Both the position numbers and the translations under genes were made by a program. A DNA stretch of 64,000 nt. Origin: the human T2T-CHM13v2.0 reference genome, Homo sapiens. Where the stretch lies: assembly GCF_009914755.1 (NCBI RefSeq), contig NC_060943.1; one strand, written 5' to 3'. Below, one piece after another: positions 1 through 54,964 of the stretch (positions are counted from its first letter, which is position 1; each line of letters starts with the position of its first letter). The notes beneath the pieces are model-generated. The model was not told where the DNA came from, ran no database searches, and saw nothing but the letters and a program-made list of their open reading frames with translations.

Positions 1-1193
1 TGTGCCCCGGCAGGCACCTTTGGGGTGTTGCACACACCATCTCCCACCCAGCGTCCACCACAGGCCCCACCTCCCCTCTACATCTGCATAGTCAGGTTTG
101 GGGCCCACAGATGCTCTGACATAGGTATATCCAGTTCAGCTTCTCCAGCCACCTGAGTCTTTGGGGCAACCTCTTCATCGTAGTGAAATCTCCACCCACC
201 TTCCCTCCCCAAACCCGCTTCTTTGTCTATGGCGGTGGATGTATAGCATCACATCCCCAGAGGGTAATGGAGCATTTGGGTTTAATGGACAGTGCAAAGT
301 GAATATCCACAAGGCCACACAGATAGGAATCAATGACTGAAAAAATAAATGGGGCAGGAGAGACAGCCGTCCCTGTGGAATAATTCCAAGTCCTATCCAT
401 CGATGCTCCCCTTTCCGGGAGGTGGAGCTTAACCCATCCCCATCCCATCAGACTGGGCTGCTTCCAAAGAGTAGAGTAGGGAATGGGGAATACCCACTTG
501 ACAGAGGCCCCTGGCTGAACCCACCTTACCCAAGAGGTCCAGGTGCAGGTCACCTGGGGGAAGTTGCCCTCCTATGCCCCTGGAACTGGCTGTTCCTTTA
601 GGTTAAGCAAAGTCTTGAGTAAGGGCACATGGGCAGGGCAAGGTGGTTCACACCCATAATCCCAGCTACTGGGGAGGTGAGGTAAGGCAGGAGGATCACT
701 TGAGCCCAGGAGTTCCAGATCAGCCTGGGCAACATAGCGAGACCCCATCTCAAAAAAAAAAAAAAAAAGGTGGGGGTACATGGTCCTCTAGAGTGCTTGA
801 TGAAATGATGTTGAGACTCACCTCAGTGGCTGTGGGCTGCCTAGGGGCCAGGCTCCATGGAGAAGGACCCGGTTGTGGCTTTCGGATCCTGCACTGGGGC
901 CTGAGTTCCCTCTGTCCTTGGACTTGGCCAAACTTCCCTGAGTTTCATCTGCAGAGTAGGGAAACAGCACCTCACCATGAGGGGTAAAGAGGAACTACGG
1001 TGCCCCCAGTCATTAGCGGCAGTGATTGTCACCATTGTCTTCAGCCCAGCTAGGCCCCACCAGCCAGTGGCTGTGGCCTCAGGCAAGCACTCAGACTGCC
1101 TCAGCTTCCCCAGCTGTGAAGCTGAACTGAGACTCCTCAGTTAAGGCTGGGAGGATTCCAGAGCACAGGGGCAAAGGGATCTCTGAACAATAG

Positions 1194-1364
<171 letters not shown>

Positions 1365-1615
1365 TAATTTTTGTATTTTTAGTAGAAATGGGCTTTCGCC
1401 ATTTTGCTCAGGCTGGTCTTGAACTTCAGGTGAGGCCGGCCTTGGCCTCCCAAAGTGTTAGGATTACAGGTGTGAGCCACCACACCCGGCCAATAGCCAC
1501 TATTGTGTTGTATGGGTGCCTGTGTCTTCACCCCATTCTCACCCCCACATGCAGAGGCAGAAACAGGCCCTGGAGGAAGGAAGGCCTTTGCCTGAGCATG
1601 GCCCCAGACACCCTG

Positions 1616-1682
1616 AGGGGAGGGGAGAGGGGAGAGAGGAGAGGAGGCAAGAGGAGAGGAGGGGAGAGGGGAGGGGAGGGGG
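1616..1682. repeat. Polypurine (GA-rich) tract
   Basis: GGGGA/GAGA repeats, almost purely purine. Confidence 0.85.
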
Positions 1683-2080
1683 CCAGCCAGGGTCAGGGTG
1701 CACTCTGCTGAGAAGGGCAATGGGTTCCCTGAAAACCAGGGCTGCCAGCGCCCTTCCCTGCCCCTCAACACTGAGCCCCTGGGTGTAGCCACGCTGGCTT
1801 AGAGTCACCCTCCACAGTACGCCTTGGGACCATGTGCCGTGGAGGACCTGGACCAAGAGGAGTCAGATCACCCGGCCAGTCCTTCTATAGCCACAGACAC
1901 CCAACGTGTGTTTCCTGGACTTGGCATGCCCCAGAAGCTGCTGGTTTTCTCCAGGCTTTCTTTGTTTTAGCACTTTATGAGAGAGAGTCTCGCTCTGTCA
2001 CACAGGCTGGAGTGCAGTGGCATGATCACTGCAACCTCTGCCTCCCAGGTTCAAGCGTTTCTCCTGCCTCAGCCTCCTGA

Positions 2081-3495
<1,415 letters not shown>

Positions 3496-4264
3496 TGAAA
3501 TTCAACTGTAAGGAAGTGCTGTCTCTTCTCCCCCATTTATTGAGCTACTTGGAAAAACAAAGACCATCCAAATGAGAGCAGCACAGGCTGCTTATTCAGA
3601 GTTTGCAAGGGAGTCAGCCGAAGCTCCAGGGCAGGCAGGGGAGAGGGAGAGCTGTGGAGTGGAAAAGGGCAGGCTCAAGTGAGCCCACAGGAGGCTGTTG
3701 GCCTGGGGAAGCTGGGGGCAGCCAGCTAACAGCAGGTGTCCTGTGGGGTTGCTTAGGGAAGCACAATTGGCTTTCTCTGGTTGGTCCTAAGTTGGAAGGG
3801 GGGCCAGTGTTAGAGAAGCTGCAATCACTGACCAGGTCCTGAGCATTGCTGCAGAGGTTGGTGGTTGGTTTCCGGAGCTGGTTGCTGCACAGGTTTTGGG
3901 CCACAGTTTTGTTGCCATGTATGGATTGGCCATTGTCCTGCACCTCTTCTGCCTCTTACCAGGAGTTTCTAAGGAACGGTTCCAGACCCCACCCCAGCCC
4001 TGCATATAAATCTGATCTTCAATTTTTTTTTTTTTTTTTTTTGAGACAAAGTCTCACTCTGTCACCCAGGCTGGAGCGTAGTGGTGTGATCACGGCTCAC
4101 TGCAAGCTCCGCCTTCCGGGTTCACACCATTCTCCTGCCTCAGCCTCCTGAGTAGCTGGGACTACAGGTGCCCGCCACCACGCCTGGCTAATTTTTTTGT
4201 ATTTTTAGTAGAGACGGGGTTTCAACGTGTTAGCCAGGATGGACTCGATCTCCTGACCTCGTGA

Positions 4265-4522
<258 letters not shown>

Positions 4523-4600
4523 TAGCCAAGATGGTCTTGATCTCCTGACCTTGTGATCCCCCCGCTTTGGCCTCTCAAAGTGCTTGGATTACAGGCATGA

Positions 4601-5089
<489 letters not shown>

Positions 5090-5127
5090 TAATCCCAGTA
5101 CTTTGGGAGGCTGAGGCGGGCAGATCA

Positions 5128-5538
<411 letters not shown>

Positions 5539-5581
5539 TTAGCTGCGCATGGCAGCACACGCCTGTAATCCCAGCTACTTA

Positions 5582-5761
<180 letters not shown>

Positions 5762-6129
5762 TCAGCAGGAATGTCTGTTCCACTGGGGGTCCCTGGAGGG
5801 AGAGCAGGAGTCTGCCTTCTGAGCTTTCCTTGGGCCCTTTCCAAAGATTGTTTTCTTAGGCAAAAATTTTGACAAGTGGCCAATCTAGTGTCCTGTCCCA
5901 CCTTGGCCTGCAGATCCTATTTTATAGAAATCATCTTTGAACTTGTGAGTGAGTTACATTTTGAGAAGGCCAAGTTTGGGTTTTGAAGCAAAACCAGCGT
6001 GTCTGTCCCCTAACCCCCCAAATGATGTCTAGGAGCTCCCGTGTCAGTTTCACCCCTTCTTGAAAGTCACAGCCAGGTGTCTGCTTGCTCATTAAGGGGC
6101 AGAGGTGCCACCCCAAGTGGCCGCCCCAT

Positions 6130-6745
6130 GCAGAAGAGGAAAATATCTTTTTCTCACTCATCTTAGGTTCATGGCTGAGGCCCCTGTAACAAAAGACAGA
6201 TTAACAAGATAAAAGCAGACAAATTTATTTAAAACAAGTTTTACGTGTCTTGGGAGCCTTTATACGGAAACAAAGACCTCCCCCCAAAACAGGTAAACCT
6301 GCATATGTTTATGTTAGGTTTGATGAAGATTAGAGTCATGGGCAAATCTGATTAGAGGACAAAAGGATCTGATCTGGCTGGGCACCGTGGCACACACCTG
6401 TAATCCCAGCATTTTGGGAGGCTGAGGCGGGAGGATCACTTGAGTTCAAGACCAGCCTGGGTGAGACCCCGTCTCAAAACAACAACAACAACAACAACAA
6501 CAACAAAAAGCTTCTGATTTAATGATAATAACCTTGGGGGAGCTTAGCAAGGCCTGTTTGTTCAGGTTCTTCTTGGCATCTTTGCATCTTCTGTTCCCCT
6601 CCTCCAGGTACAGGGGAGGCACCTCCCACCTGAGGGTCTCATGACCTGCTTCTGGGGAGAAGGGAAAAGAAACAGTGCTTCCTGCTTCTGTGTTCTCAAA
6701 GGCCAAGGTCATATTTTAGGCTATTATGTCCCGAACCCCATCCCT
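6130..6745 (-). mobile_element. ERV-type LTR remnant containing an Alu monomer
   Basis: AAATTTATTTAA...GGCCTGTTTGTTCAGGTTCTTCTTGGCATCT resembles MER21/MER34-group LTRs; subfamily uncertain. Confidence 0.45.
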
Positions 6746-7067
6746 TGTTCTCACTGTGGTCCCCGGGGTCCGGGATGTCACATGGCTTTTCCCTTTGCCT
6801 TCCTGAGCTGCAGCAAACACGGCTCACTCCTGAACACAGGGAGCATCTTTCTGCTGTGACAAAAGACAAAAGCGTGACTCTTGGGCCCGTTTCTGCTGAA
6901 ATCCTCAGGGACCTCCTCCCCCAGTTCTGCGGTCTGTCCTACCCAGTTCTAGAATTCACTTCATGGGTGTCTTTTCTAATTTAAATTCATGTAAAGGTAG
7001 TTTGGGCTGGGCGCGGTGGCTCACGCCTGTAATCCCAGCACTTTAGGAGGCCAACGAGGGCAGATCA

Positions 7068-7539
<472 letters not shown>

Positions 7540-7799
7540 CTACAGAAAATTAAAAACTTAGCCAGGTCTGGTGGCATGAGCCTATAATACCAGCTATTCA
7601 GGAGGCTGAGGTGGGAGGATCACTTGAGACCAGGAGGTCGAGGCTATAGTGAGCTATGATTATGCCACTGCACCCAAGCCTGGGCAACAGAGCAAGACCC
7701 TGACTATAAAACAGCAGCAACAACAAAAAGAATGTCATGAAAACCTGTGTCTCTGATGGTTGCAGGCATTGGTGCCCTGGGGCCCTCTTCCTCTTGAGA

Positions 7800-8135
7800 C
7801 AGGGAGGGTGGCGGGTGCTGGTGGTGCTGGGACTCCCTCCTTGGCCTCACCAAGGGATGAGGCAGCTGGAACAGAAGCAGGCCGCTCTTGTGCTGTGGGA
7901 TCATGCACTGGCTGTGGTGGCCCACCGTGCTCCAGGCCTCATCCTCAACCCTCCCCACTGTGTCTGTGTCTCCTACTCTGTCTCTTACAAGGACACCAGT
8001 CATTGCACTTAGGGCCCACCCTAACCCTCATCTAGAGATCTTGCCTTAATCACATCTGCACAGACCCTTTTTCCTAAAAGCGTCACATTCACAGGTTCTG
8101 GGGGCAGGGTGTATCTTTCAGGGGCCATCGTTCCA
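7800..8135 (-). mobile_element. MLT1-type LTR fragment
   Basis: TCTCTTACAAGGACACCAGTCATTGCACTTAGGGCCCACCCTAA, similar to 19225-19270. Confidence 0.65.
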
Positions 8136-9017
8136 CCCCCTCCAGTTACGTCCCCCAGCCCCAGCTGCCCTCAGTGCTCTGTCACCTGCAGGGCCTAGCA
8201 CACTTGTGTAGTTCCAGCCAGGTTGTGCAGTGACTTTGTCTATGTCTGTGGGTGCCACTCGAGGCTGAGCCCTGGCCCTGGGCAGGTGATCCAGTGAAGG
8301 ATGGTACCATGGGCACTGCAGGCAGCCCTGTCTGGTGGCTCTTCTTGTTCACAGAGGCTGGGCAGGTGCAGCCAAGGGAGGGTCTGAGGCCACAATGCCC
8401 TTCTGGGGAGACTGTTCCTCACAGGACTGTGACCTCCTGAGGAGCTCAGAGCAAGAGCCCACAGGAGGGTGGGAGGGACCCCCTTCGGCCAGGACCCAGG
8501 CCTCGGGCACCTCACCCACTGTTGGGGTATAGCAAATGGCTGAATCCTTTCTGGGGAAGGTGACTTTGCAGAACATGTCCAGGCCACCTGACCCAGCACC
8601 TCGATTCTAGGAATCAAGGAGTAGAGAGGCTGCGCCGTTCTCACCCAAGCGCCCAAGTGCAAGGACAGCCCCCAGGGTCTGTAGCGGCAGGGGTGGTGCT
8701 GGGCAGTAGTCAGACATGGCTGATTGTTGCGGGGGGCGGAGTGAAACAGACGCAGTGCATCCCATGGGCTGATGATGAAAGATGCCGACCCCCAGCAACC
8801 GGCTGGGAAAGGTCTTTAGGACCTGGTTTCTGTCTGTTTGCAAGCAGTTTAGTTTATTTTTATTTTTTGAGACCCAGTCTTGCTCTGTCACCTGCGCTGG
8901 AGTGTACTGCTGAAATCACAGCTCATTGAAGCCTCAACCTCTTGGGCTCAGGTGACCTTCTCACCTCAGCCTCTCGAGTACCTGGGACCACAGGTGCATG
9001 CCATCATATCCAACTAA

Positions 9018-10270
<1,253 letters not shown>

Positions 10271-10576
10271 GACCCCCTCGCCACACCCATCTGCTTTGGT
10301 TTCTGTTTCTGAACATGCCCTCCATGACTGGCACCTCCACGTACGTGCTCTAGGCTCTTCCTTTCTCTCTGGCCCCATCTTTGAAGCAGGTGTTTCTCCC
10401 AGAGCCAGTGCCCATGGGTCCATGTTCACTAGGAGAGTCAGCAGTGGAGGCTGGTGTAGCAGAATCCCAAGTGCACTTTGTACAGCGTCACTCACCGGCA
10501 CTGATGCCTGCTCTGGGGCCTCTGCACCCTTTGCTTCACTTTGCAGTAATGCGTTTTCATTTACTGGATGATTTTA

Positions 10577-11008
<432 letters not shown>

Positions 11009-11029
11009 CTACAGAGGGAGATTCTGTCA

Positions 11030-26692
<15,663 letters not shown>

Positions 26693-26700
<8 letters not shown>

Positions 26701-28845
26701 GAGCTGCTCTCAGGACGGTGGACCGGTGACCCCTTTGTATTCTGGGCCCATGGAACGGTGGGGGGGTGCGCTTGATTCTACTTCAGGAGGCACATGGGGC
26801 GCTTTATGGAACGAGCAGGTGGGCCTGAGGGGCCTGGGCTCAGAGTCCACGTCCAAACGCAAAGCTGGCAGCCCTGGAAGTGCAGTGTTGGGGCGATGGT
26901 GTGGGGGGTCCCGCAGCTCCCCTCTTCCTTCCTCTGCAGACGCTGGCGCTGTCTGCCGGAGGTGTTGCCCAAAAGGCCCTAGTGGGGCGTGGTCAGCTCC
27001 ACCTCCTGATCCTGTGTGTCCTCCGACATGCTGCTGATTCTAGTGACCCCTGTCCCCACCAGGCTCAGAGCCAGACTGCGCCTGGACCTTCTTGTTCTGA
27101 CTCCACGTGCCTGCCCGGCCTCCAGGGTGCGGGGGCGCCTTTCTTGCAGGCGGACCCTGCCCAGGATGGGGCCAGCCTCGTGCTCAGCTTTGGCCACAAA
27201 TGCAGCCCCTGGCCCACCCCACCCTGCCGGCCCTGCCTTCTCCAGTATTTCCCACATGGCCACGACTCCTCAGTCACTAGAGCCTCCTGCTGGGAACAGT
27301 GTCCCCCAGAGCCTCATGTCTATCCTAGACCCTGCAAGCAGCTGGGTCCCCAAGAGTGCATCTCCCCCTAGAGTTGCCTGCCCATGCCCACCTGCTTTGT
27401 AACCTTCCCAGGAGATTCATGCTTGCTCTGCACAGCAGGGCTCGAGGCCCAGGCCATGACACGGAACTGCCTCAGGTTTGGGTCAGACCTGCATCCTGGG
27501 GCATCTGCTGAAATGTGAGCACACAAACCACCTCCTTTGGCCCAGAAGCCCCCCAGGCCTAGCATCTCAGTGCCCCAACCCTCTGCCCAGCTGTGGTATC
27601 CAGCAGGTCCTTGGGTCCCCACTTGAGCAGGCACTTGGCTGGGATATGGAGCAATTTAAAGCCCACAGGGGTTGTTCAGTTTCTATGAAATGGAGCATGG
27701 GGTGCCTGCTAGCCTCAATCCCCCGAAGTGGGAGCCTCATGATAGAGTATAGCTTGGGGGTGGGAGGTGAGGAAAATCTGAGGTACCCAGGGGAACCCCC
27801 AGCTAACTGGTCTCTCAGAGGAGTCCCCCAGGGCCCGCCAGCTATCACAGGGACTCAGAAACACCCATTTCCTAATGACATGGTGAGTTTCTTGATTTCT
27901 TTTTTTTGTTTGTTTTGTTTTGGTTTTCAACTTGGCTGACCCCGGGTCTATGATCTATTCACATCGAACCCCTGACTGGTCTGCCTGGTGCCAGGGTGAG
28001 CGTGACCGTGAGTGTTGCTTTCGACAGCTGGCTCAGCACACGCTGTGTGAAGGGATCTGAGCTTGTTCATCTCCAGTCGTGACTTCATTTCCCTTCCTTC
28101 TGTCCTCCTCCTGTTCTTGCCTTGGACCTGCAGGTGTGCAGACCGCTCTCTCTGCCTTCCTTGCATGTGGCCACCAGCCATCCCTGATCTTGTCCCCAGA
28201 GGCCCAGGCAGCCTGTGATGGCTGTGAGGGGCTGTCCCACTGTGTGGGTATCCCTTACCCAGCACTTAAACTTGGCAGGAGAGGCAGGGCAACCCTCACA
28301 GGGAGATGGGAGGGCACCCAACTCCCACAAGCATGCAACAGCAGTAGGAATTGGGGGTCTGCCCCAGGTGGGTGAGACCAAATGAGTGGATTTGGGGCCA
28401 CAGGCTAGGCAGGAGAGACAAGGGGTAGGTGGGAGGGTCCCCCAGTCCCTGCTGACCCCAGTGTGTCTCCCCGGAGATGGCTCCTAGCTGAGTGGGACCC
28501 GGCAGGAGTTGGGGACAGTGCTGTCCCCCACCCCTGCACACAGCCAGGCCCTCAGGCTCTGCGGTCACTCGCCTCCCTGCTGGTCACTGGTCTTGGTCTG
28601 GAGTTATATTTTGATGCCATGAAGACACTGTTTATATCTAATGTTTATATATTTTAAAGATTTGTGCCAAGAGAGTATATTTAATAAAAACTTAAATGAC
28701 TTCTTCTCCTGCTCCTGGCTCTTCTTTGGCTCTGACCGCCCCCCCATCTTCCCCCATGAACCCCCAAACAGGGTTGAAGTGCTTTTGACACATTTGTGAT
28801 AAAAGTTCTGAATAAAAGTCTTGAATAAAGAAGTTTTTAAATGCA
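26693..28845 (+). other. SLC25A42: SLC25A42 3'UTR (~2.1 kb, Alu-free)
   Basis: Unique sequence from the stop codon to the AATAAA cluster; 3' end approximate. Confidence 0.75.
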
Positions 28846-28860
28846 ATTGTTGTTTGAATT
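28683..28860 (+). terminator. SLC25A42 tandem polyadenylation signals
   Basis: AATAAA at 28683, 28811 and 28824, followed by GU-rich TTGTTGTTTG at ~28847. Confidence 0.85.
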
Positions 28861-29609
28861 AATACATACCACAATTTTCCAGAAAACACCAGCTGTCCAC
28901 AAGGGTTTACAGTGAAAAGTAGGTGAACAGTTCCCTCTGCAGGGGGCCTCCTGTGACCATTTTCTCTTGTCTCCTCCCACAGAGATTCTGTGCATACACT
29001 CATCCCTTTCAGGATATATGTGGCCACCCACAAAGGCAGGAGGGGCCGTCTCTGTGCAGCCAGCACAGCCCAAAGTCTCATGGGCTTGAACATGGCCTTC
29101 CTTCCCAAGAGCCCTGCACTCTGGGGCTGGCTGAGGCTTCAGGCCTGAACGTCAGTCACCATCTGCAGGGGCAGCCACCAGAGGGTCTCCAGTGGCAATC
29201 CTGGCTCACTTCACCTGCAGCCCATTGGCCAGAGCAACTTGGAGGACCCACCCACTGCCAGGCCAGAAGTGGGAGCCTCTGCGTGCCCAGAGAGGAGGGG
29301 CGGCTGGGCCAGCACAGGCCTGGTGCTCTTGTTGGGGTGGGAGTAGGAACAAGTTCCACTGCGCTGACCCCCCACTGCTCTCCAATCTGCTCACGTGCAA
29401 CAGGATTTCTTTTGAGTTGGTCTCCGTTGTGCACATTGTTCAGCAGCTGTGCGGTTTTCTCCTAGAGGATCCCCAGGATGACATTTACCAGGGTGGGTGT
29501 GGTGGCTCATGCCTGTAATCCCAGCACTTTGGAGACTGAGGCAGGTGGCTTGCTTGAGCCCAGGAGTTTGAGACCAGCCTAGGCAACACAGTAAGACCCC
29601 CCATCTCTA

Positions 29610-29744
<135 letters not shown>

Positions 29745-29949
29745 CTATTAAAAGTACAAAAATCCTAGCTACTCAGGAGGCTGAGGCAGGAGAATTGCTT
29801 GAACCTGGGAGGCGGAGGTTGCAGTGAGCCGCTGCACTCCAGCCTGAGTGACTGAGAAGTCTCCGTCTCAAAAAAAAATTTTTTTTTAATTAGCCAGTCT
29901 TGGAGGTGCGTGCCTGTAGTCCCAGCCACTCAGAAATTCACGCCTCCCT

Positions 29950-31195
<1,246 letters not shown>

Positions 31196-32304
31196 CTTAT
31201 GGATGGGCAATTGTTAGGTATTGCCATGACAATGTGATAGCAATTTGGTGGGGGCTGCTGAACTCATCTGCACCCCGCCTCTGACATCCAGCCCAGATTT
31301 CTGATCTAAGTTCCACGTTTCACACCAGCCCCTGAACCTTGGTCAACCCCTCCCCTCTCCCACCCACCACTGTGGCATCTCCTAACAGTATAGAGGTGAG
31401 CCCGTGGACCTGTCTAGACTAGTGACAGTGAAGAAGATGTTTGCTAGCTGCGTCCAAGAAGAGCTTCAGGAGTCCTTTTTTTTTTGAGACGGAGTCTTGC
31501 TCTGTTGCCCAGGCTGGAGTGCAGTGGCGCGATCTCGGCTCACTGCAAGCTCCACCTCCAGGTTCAAGTGATTCTCCTGCCTCAGCCTCACAAGTAGCTG
31601 GGATTACAGATGCCCGCCACCACGCCCAGCTAATTTTTATATTTTTAGTAGAGACGGGGTTTCACCATGTTGGCCAGGCTGGTCTTGAACTCCCGACCTC
31701 AGATGATCTGAACGCTTCGGCCTCCCAAAGTGCTGGGATTACAGATGTGAGCCACCACACCTGGCCACCAAATGCTTTTTGCTATAAACAATTCCGCGCA
31801 GCCTAGGAGTGTCCTGAAGAAACACAACATGGTACCCCAGGTGCAACCGGCGGCTGATGACTGAAGGTAGGTGTGTAAGTAGCTTAACCCATGCCCGGAC
31901 GTGGGATCATCCTGAGATAATTGCTCTACCCTGCCCCGCTAAGGCCCACAGCAGGACTGAGCCTGGTTGCCCACAGTGTCACCTGCTCATTGGTGCCCCC
32001 TGCAGGGCATCTTCCCTCCTCGTCTCAGCTCTCACCCGCCATGGGGGCTGCCTGGGGACACCTCCCAGGTAAACCACTAGCTCTGAGTCCTTTTGGGGTC
32101 ATCTTTGGGGGAAACCTATCCAAAAAGGAATAGGAATGCCAGGTATTCCTGCAAATAGATCATATAGATTTATACCACATACTCACCCATATTTGATCTT
32201 CCATAATCTGACAAGTAAAAAATGGTATCTCAGCCGGGTGCGGTGGCTCATGTCTTTAATCTCAGCACTTTGGGAGGCCGAGGCAGGCAGATCACTTGAG
32301 GTCA

Positions 32305-32895
<591 letters not shown>

Positions 32896-32925
32896 TGACT
32901 GTTTTTTTTCCTCCAGTCTAGCTTA

Positions 32926-33279
<354 letters not shown>

Positions 33280-33787
33280 TCACACCTGTAATCCCAGTTC
33301 TTTGGAAAGCTGAGGCAGGAGGATCACTTGAGACCTGGAGTTTGTCTCTATAAATAATTTTTTTTTTTGGTGGGACAGGGTTCTCATTCTGTCACCCAGG
33401 CTAGGGTACAGTGGCACAATCACATCTCACCGCAGCCTCAACCTCCCAGGGTCAAGTGATTCTCCCACCTCAGCCTCCCGAGTAGCTGCGACTACAGGCG
33501 TGGGCCACTATGCCTGGCTAATTTTTTATATTTTGTAGAGACGGGGTCTTGCTATGTCACCCGAGCTGATGAACTCCTGGGCTCAAGAGATCTGCCCACC
33601 TCCACTTCTCAAACTGCTGGGATTACAGGCGTGAGCCACTGCACCCAGCCCTCTACAAATAATTTTAAAAACTATTTTAATATTTTAAAAGTTGAAGGTT
33701 ATATTTTGTTTTATCTATGAGTTTTATTTCCCCTTTTTATTTTGTTTCGGCTTGTCTGGAAATGGTATATTCCGTTTCTTCACCCAT

Positions 33788-34000
33788 AGGGCTTCACAAC
33801 ATCAGCACTGCTGACATTTGGCGCTGATAATCCTCTGGGGTGAGGCCATCCTGGGCACCACACAGTGTTGAGCAGCATCTCTGGCCTCCATTCTTCAGAC
33901 ACCAAGAGCAACACCTCCACCCCTTGTGGTGACAACTAAAAGATGTCTCCAGACATCAACATGTGTTCCTTTGGAGCAGAACCACCCCGTCCTGTGAGAG
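33788..34000. mobile_element. MER20-like hAT DNA transposon relic
   Basis: CAGCACTGCTGACATTTGG...AGCAGCATCTCTGGCCTCC...GTGACAACTAAAAGATGTCTCCAGACAT. Confidence 0.7.
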
Positions 34001-34195
34001 GCACGGATATGGTGGTTACAATGGATACATCAACAAGAATTTAAATGTTTGGCCGGGCGCGGTGGGCGCGGTGGCTCAGGCCTGTAATCCCAGCACGTTG
34101 GGAGGCCGAGGCAGGTGAATCACTTGAAGCCAGGAGTTCCAGACCAGCCTGGCCAACATGGTGAAACCCATCTCTATTAAAAATACACACACACT

Positions 34196-34498
<303 letters not shown>

Positions 34499-34521
34499 CT
34501 ACACACACACACAAAAATTAA

Positions 34522-34884
<363 letters not shown>

Positions 34885-34899
34885 TGATGAAAATTTTAA

Positions 34900-35267
<368 letters not shown>

Positions 35268-36154
35268 TGAGCCACGGCACCCAGCCTGCACCTTACATTG
35301 TAACACACGTGTGGACACACCCTGGAGTCACAGCTACAGGACAATTTCAGAGTCCATGACGGCCCCACATCCCTTCCCTGGGTCACCAAGGCCTCAATAT
35401 GCCCCTCCCCCCTCCCTGTGTGTGATATCTATACAAGTCACCTGCATACCTGTAGCAGACGCTGGCATCACTGTGGGCTCCCCGCCCTCCCATTCCTCAA
35501 ACTGGTTTTCCTCTAAGGTTTCCCTGCCCATCTAACCTTCTCCTGGCACTCCCTCATGGTGCATTTCTCTCACCTGCCCGTCCGTCCCAGGCCACCTGCC
35601 CTCTCAGCTGGGACTCCAACTTCCCCTGATTTCTGGTCTCTTCCATCCTGCTTTTGGACTTTTCCTGGGACACTTGCATTTCTTCTTTTTCTTTTTTTTT
35701 TTTTTTTGAGACAGAGTTTCACTCTGTCACCCAGGCTGGAGTGTGATGCGATCTCGGCTCACTGCAGCCTCCACCTCTCAGGTTCAAGCGACTCTTCTGG
35801 CTCATCCTTCTCAGTAGCTGGAACTACATGCATGCGCCACCATGCCTAATTTTTGTTATTTTAGTAAAGACTGGGTTTCACCATGCGTTGACCAGGCTGG
35901 TCTCAAACTGCTGGCCTCAAGTGATCTGCCCGCCTTGGCTTCCCAAAGTGCTGGGATTTGGGATTACGGGCGTGAGCCGCCGAGCCTGGCCTCCTTCTTG
36001 CTCTCCTTTCTCCTCCCAGACCTTTGCTCCCCTCTCAGTCCTGCTCCTCTCTCCCTCCCGCGCAGCCCCCACCCTGCACCCGGGCAGGTGCCACAGGGAC
36101 GTGCAAGACAGCTACCACCCTGCACAAGCCCGAGTCCCAAACCACTCAGACCCT

Positions 36155-36183
36155 GTTTGTAAAAATCGGCATGCTCCTTTATT
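36155..36183 (-). terminator. TMEM161A polyadenylation signal
   Basis: AATAAA on the minus strand at 36183-36178, with a CA cleavage candidate at ~36159. Confidence 0.85.
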
Positions 36184-36468
36184 TGTTCAGAAGAGCAGCC
36201 AGCATCACCCTCGCCACTCAAACCTGGCACATACGCTTCGGAGACAATGGCCTCGGGACCCTCATGCTGCTGGGCCCAGGAGAGACAGTTCTGAGGCAGA
36301 AACTCGGCGTCCAAGGGGGGCCGCGGGTCAGGCACTGTGGTGAAGGGAACGCCGGGGAGTCCGGCCCCACCTTGCAGCTGGGGACACGGGGGCGCAAACA
36401 GAGGGGGCAGGCTAGTGTCCCGCTGCCCCAGGAACAGACCTCAGGGCCCCAGGAGGGTCTGCAGGCAG

Positions 36469-54964
<18,496 letters not shown>

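Noticed and set aside
1-560. Possible degraded ERVL/MaLR internal sequence and a 108-aa ORF
   Set aside because: Resemblance too weak to call by eye; needs a Dfam/RepeatMasker search
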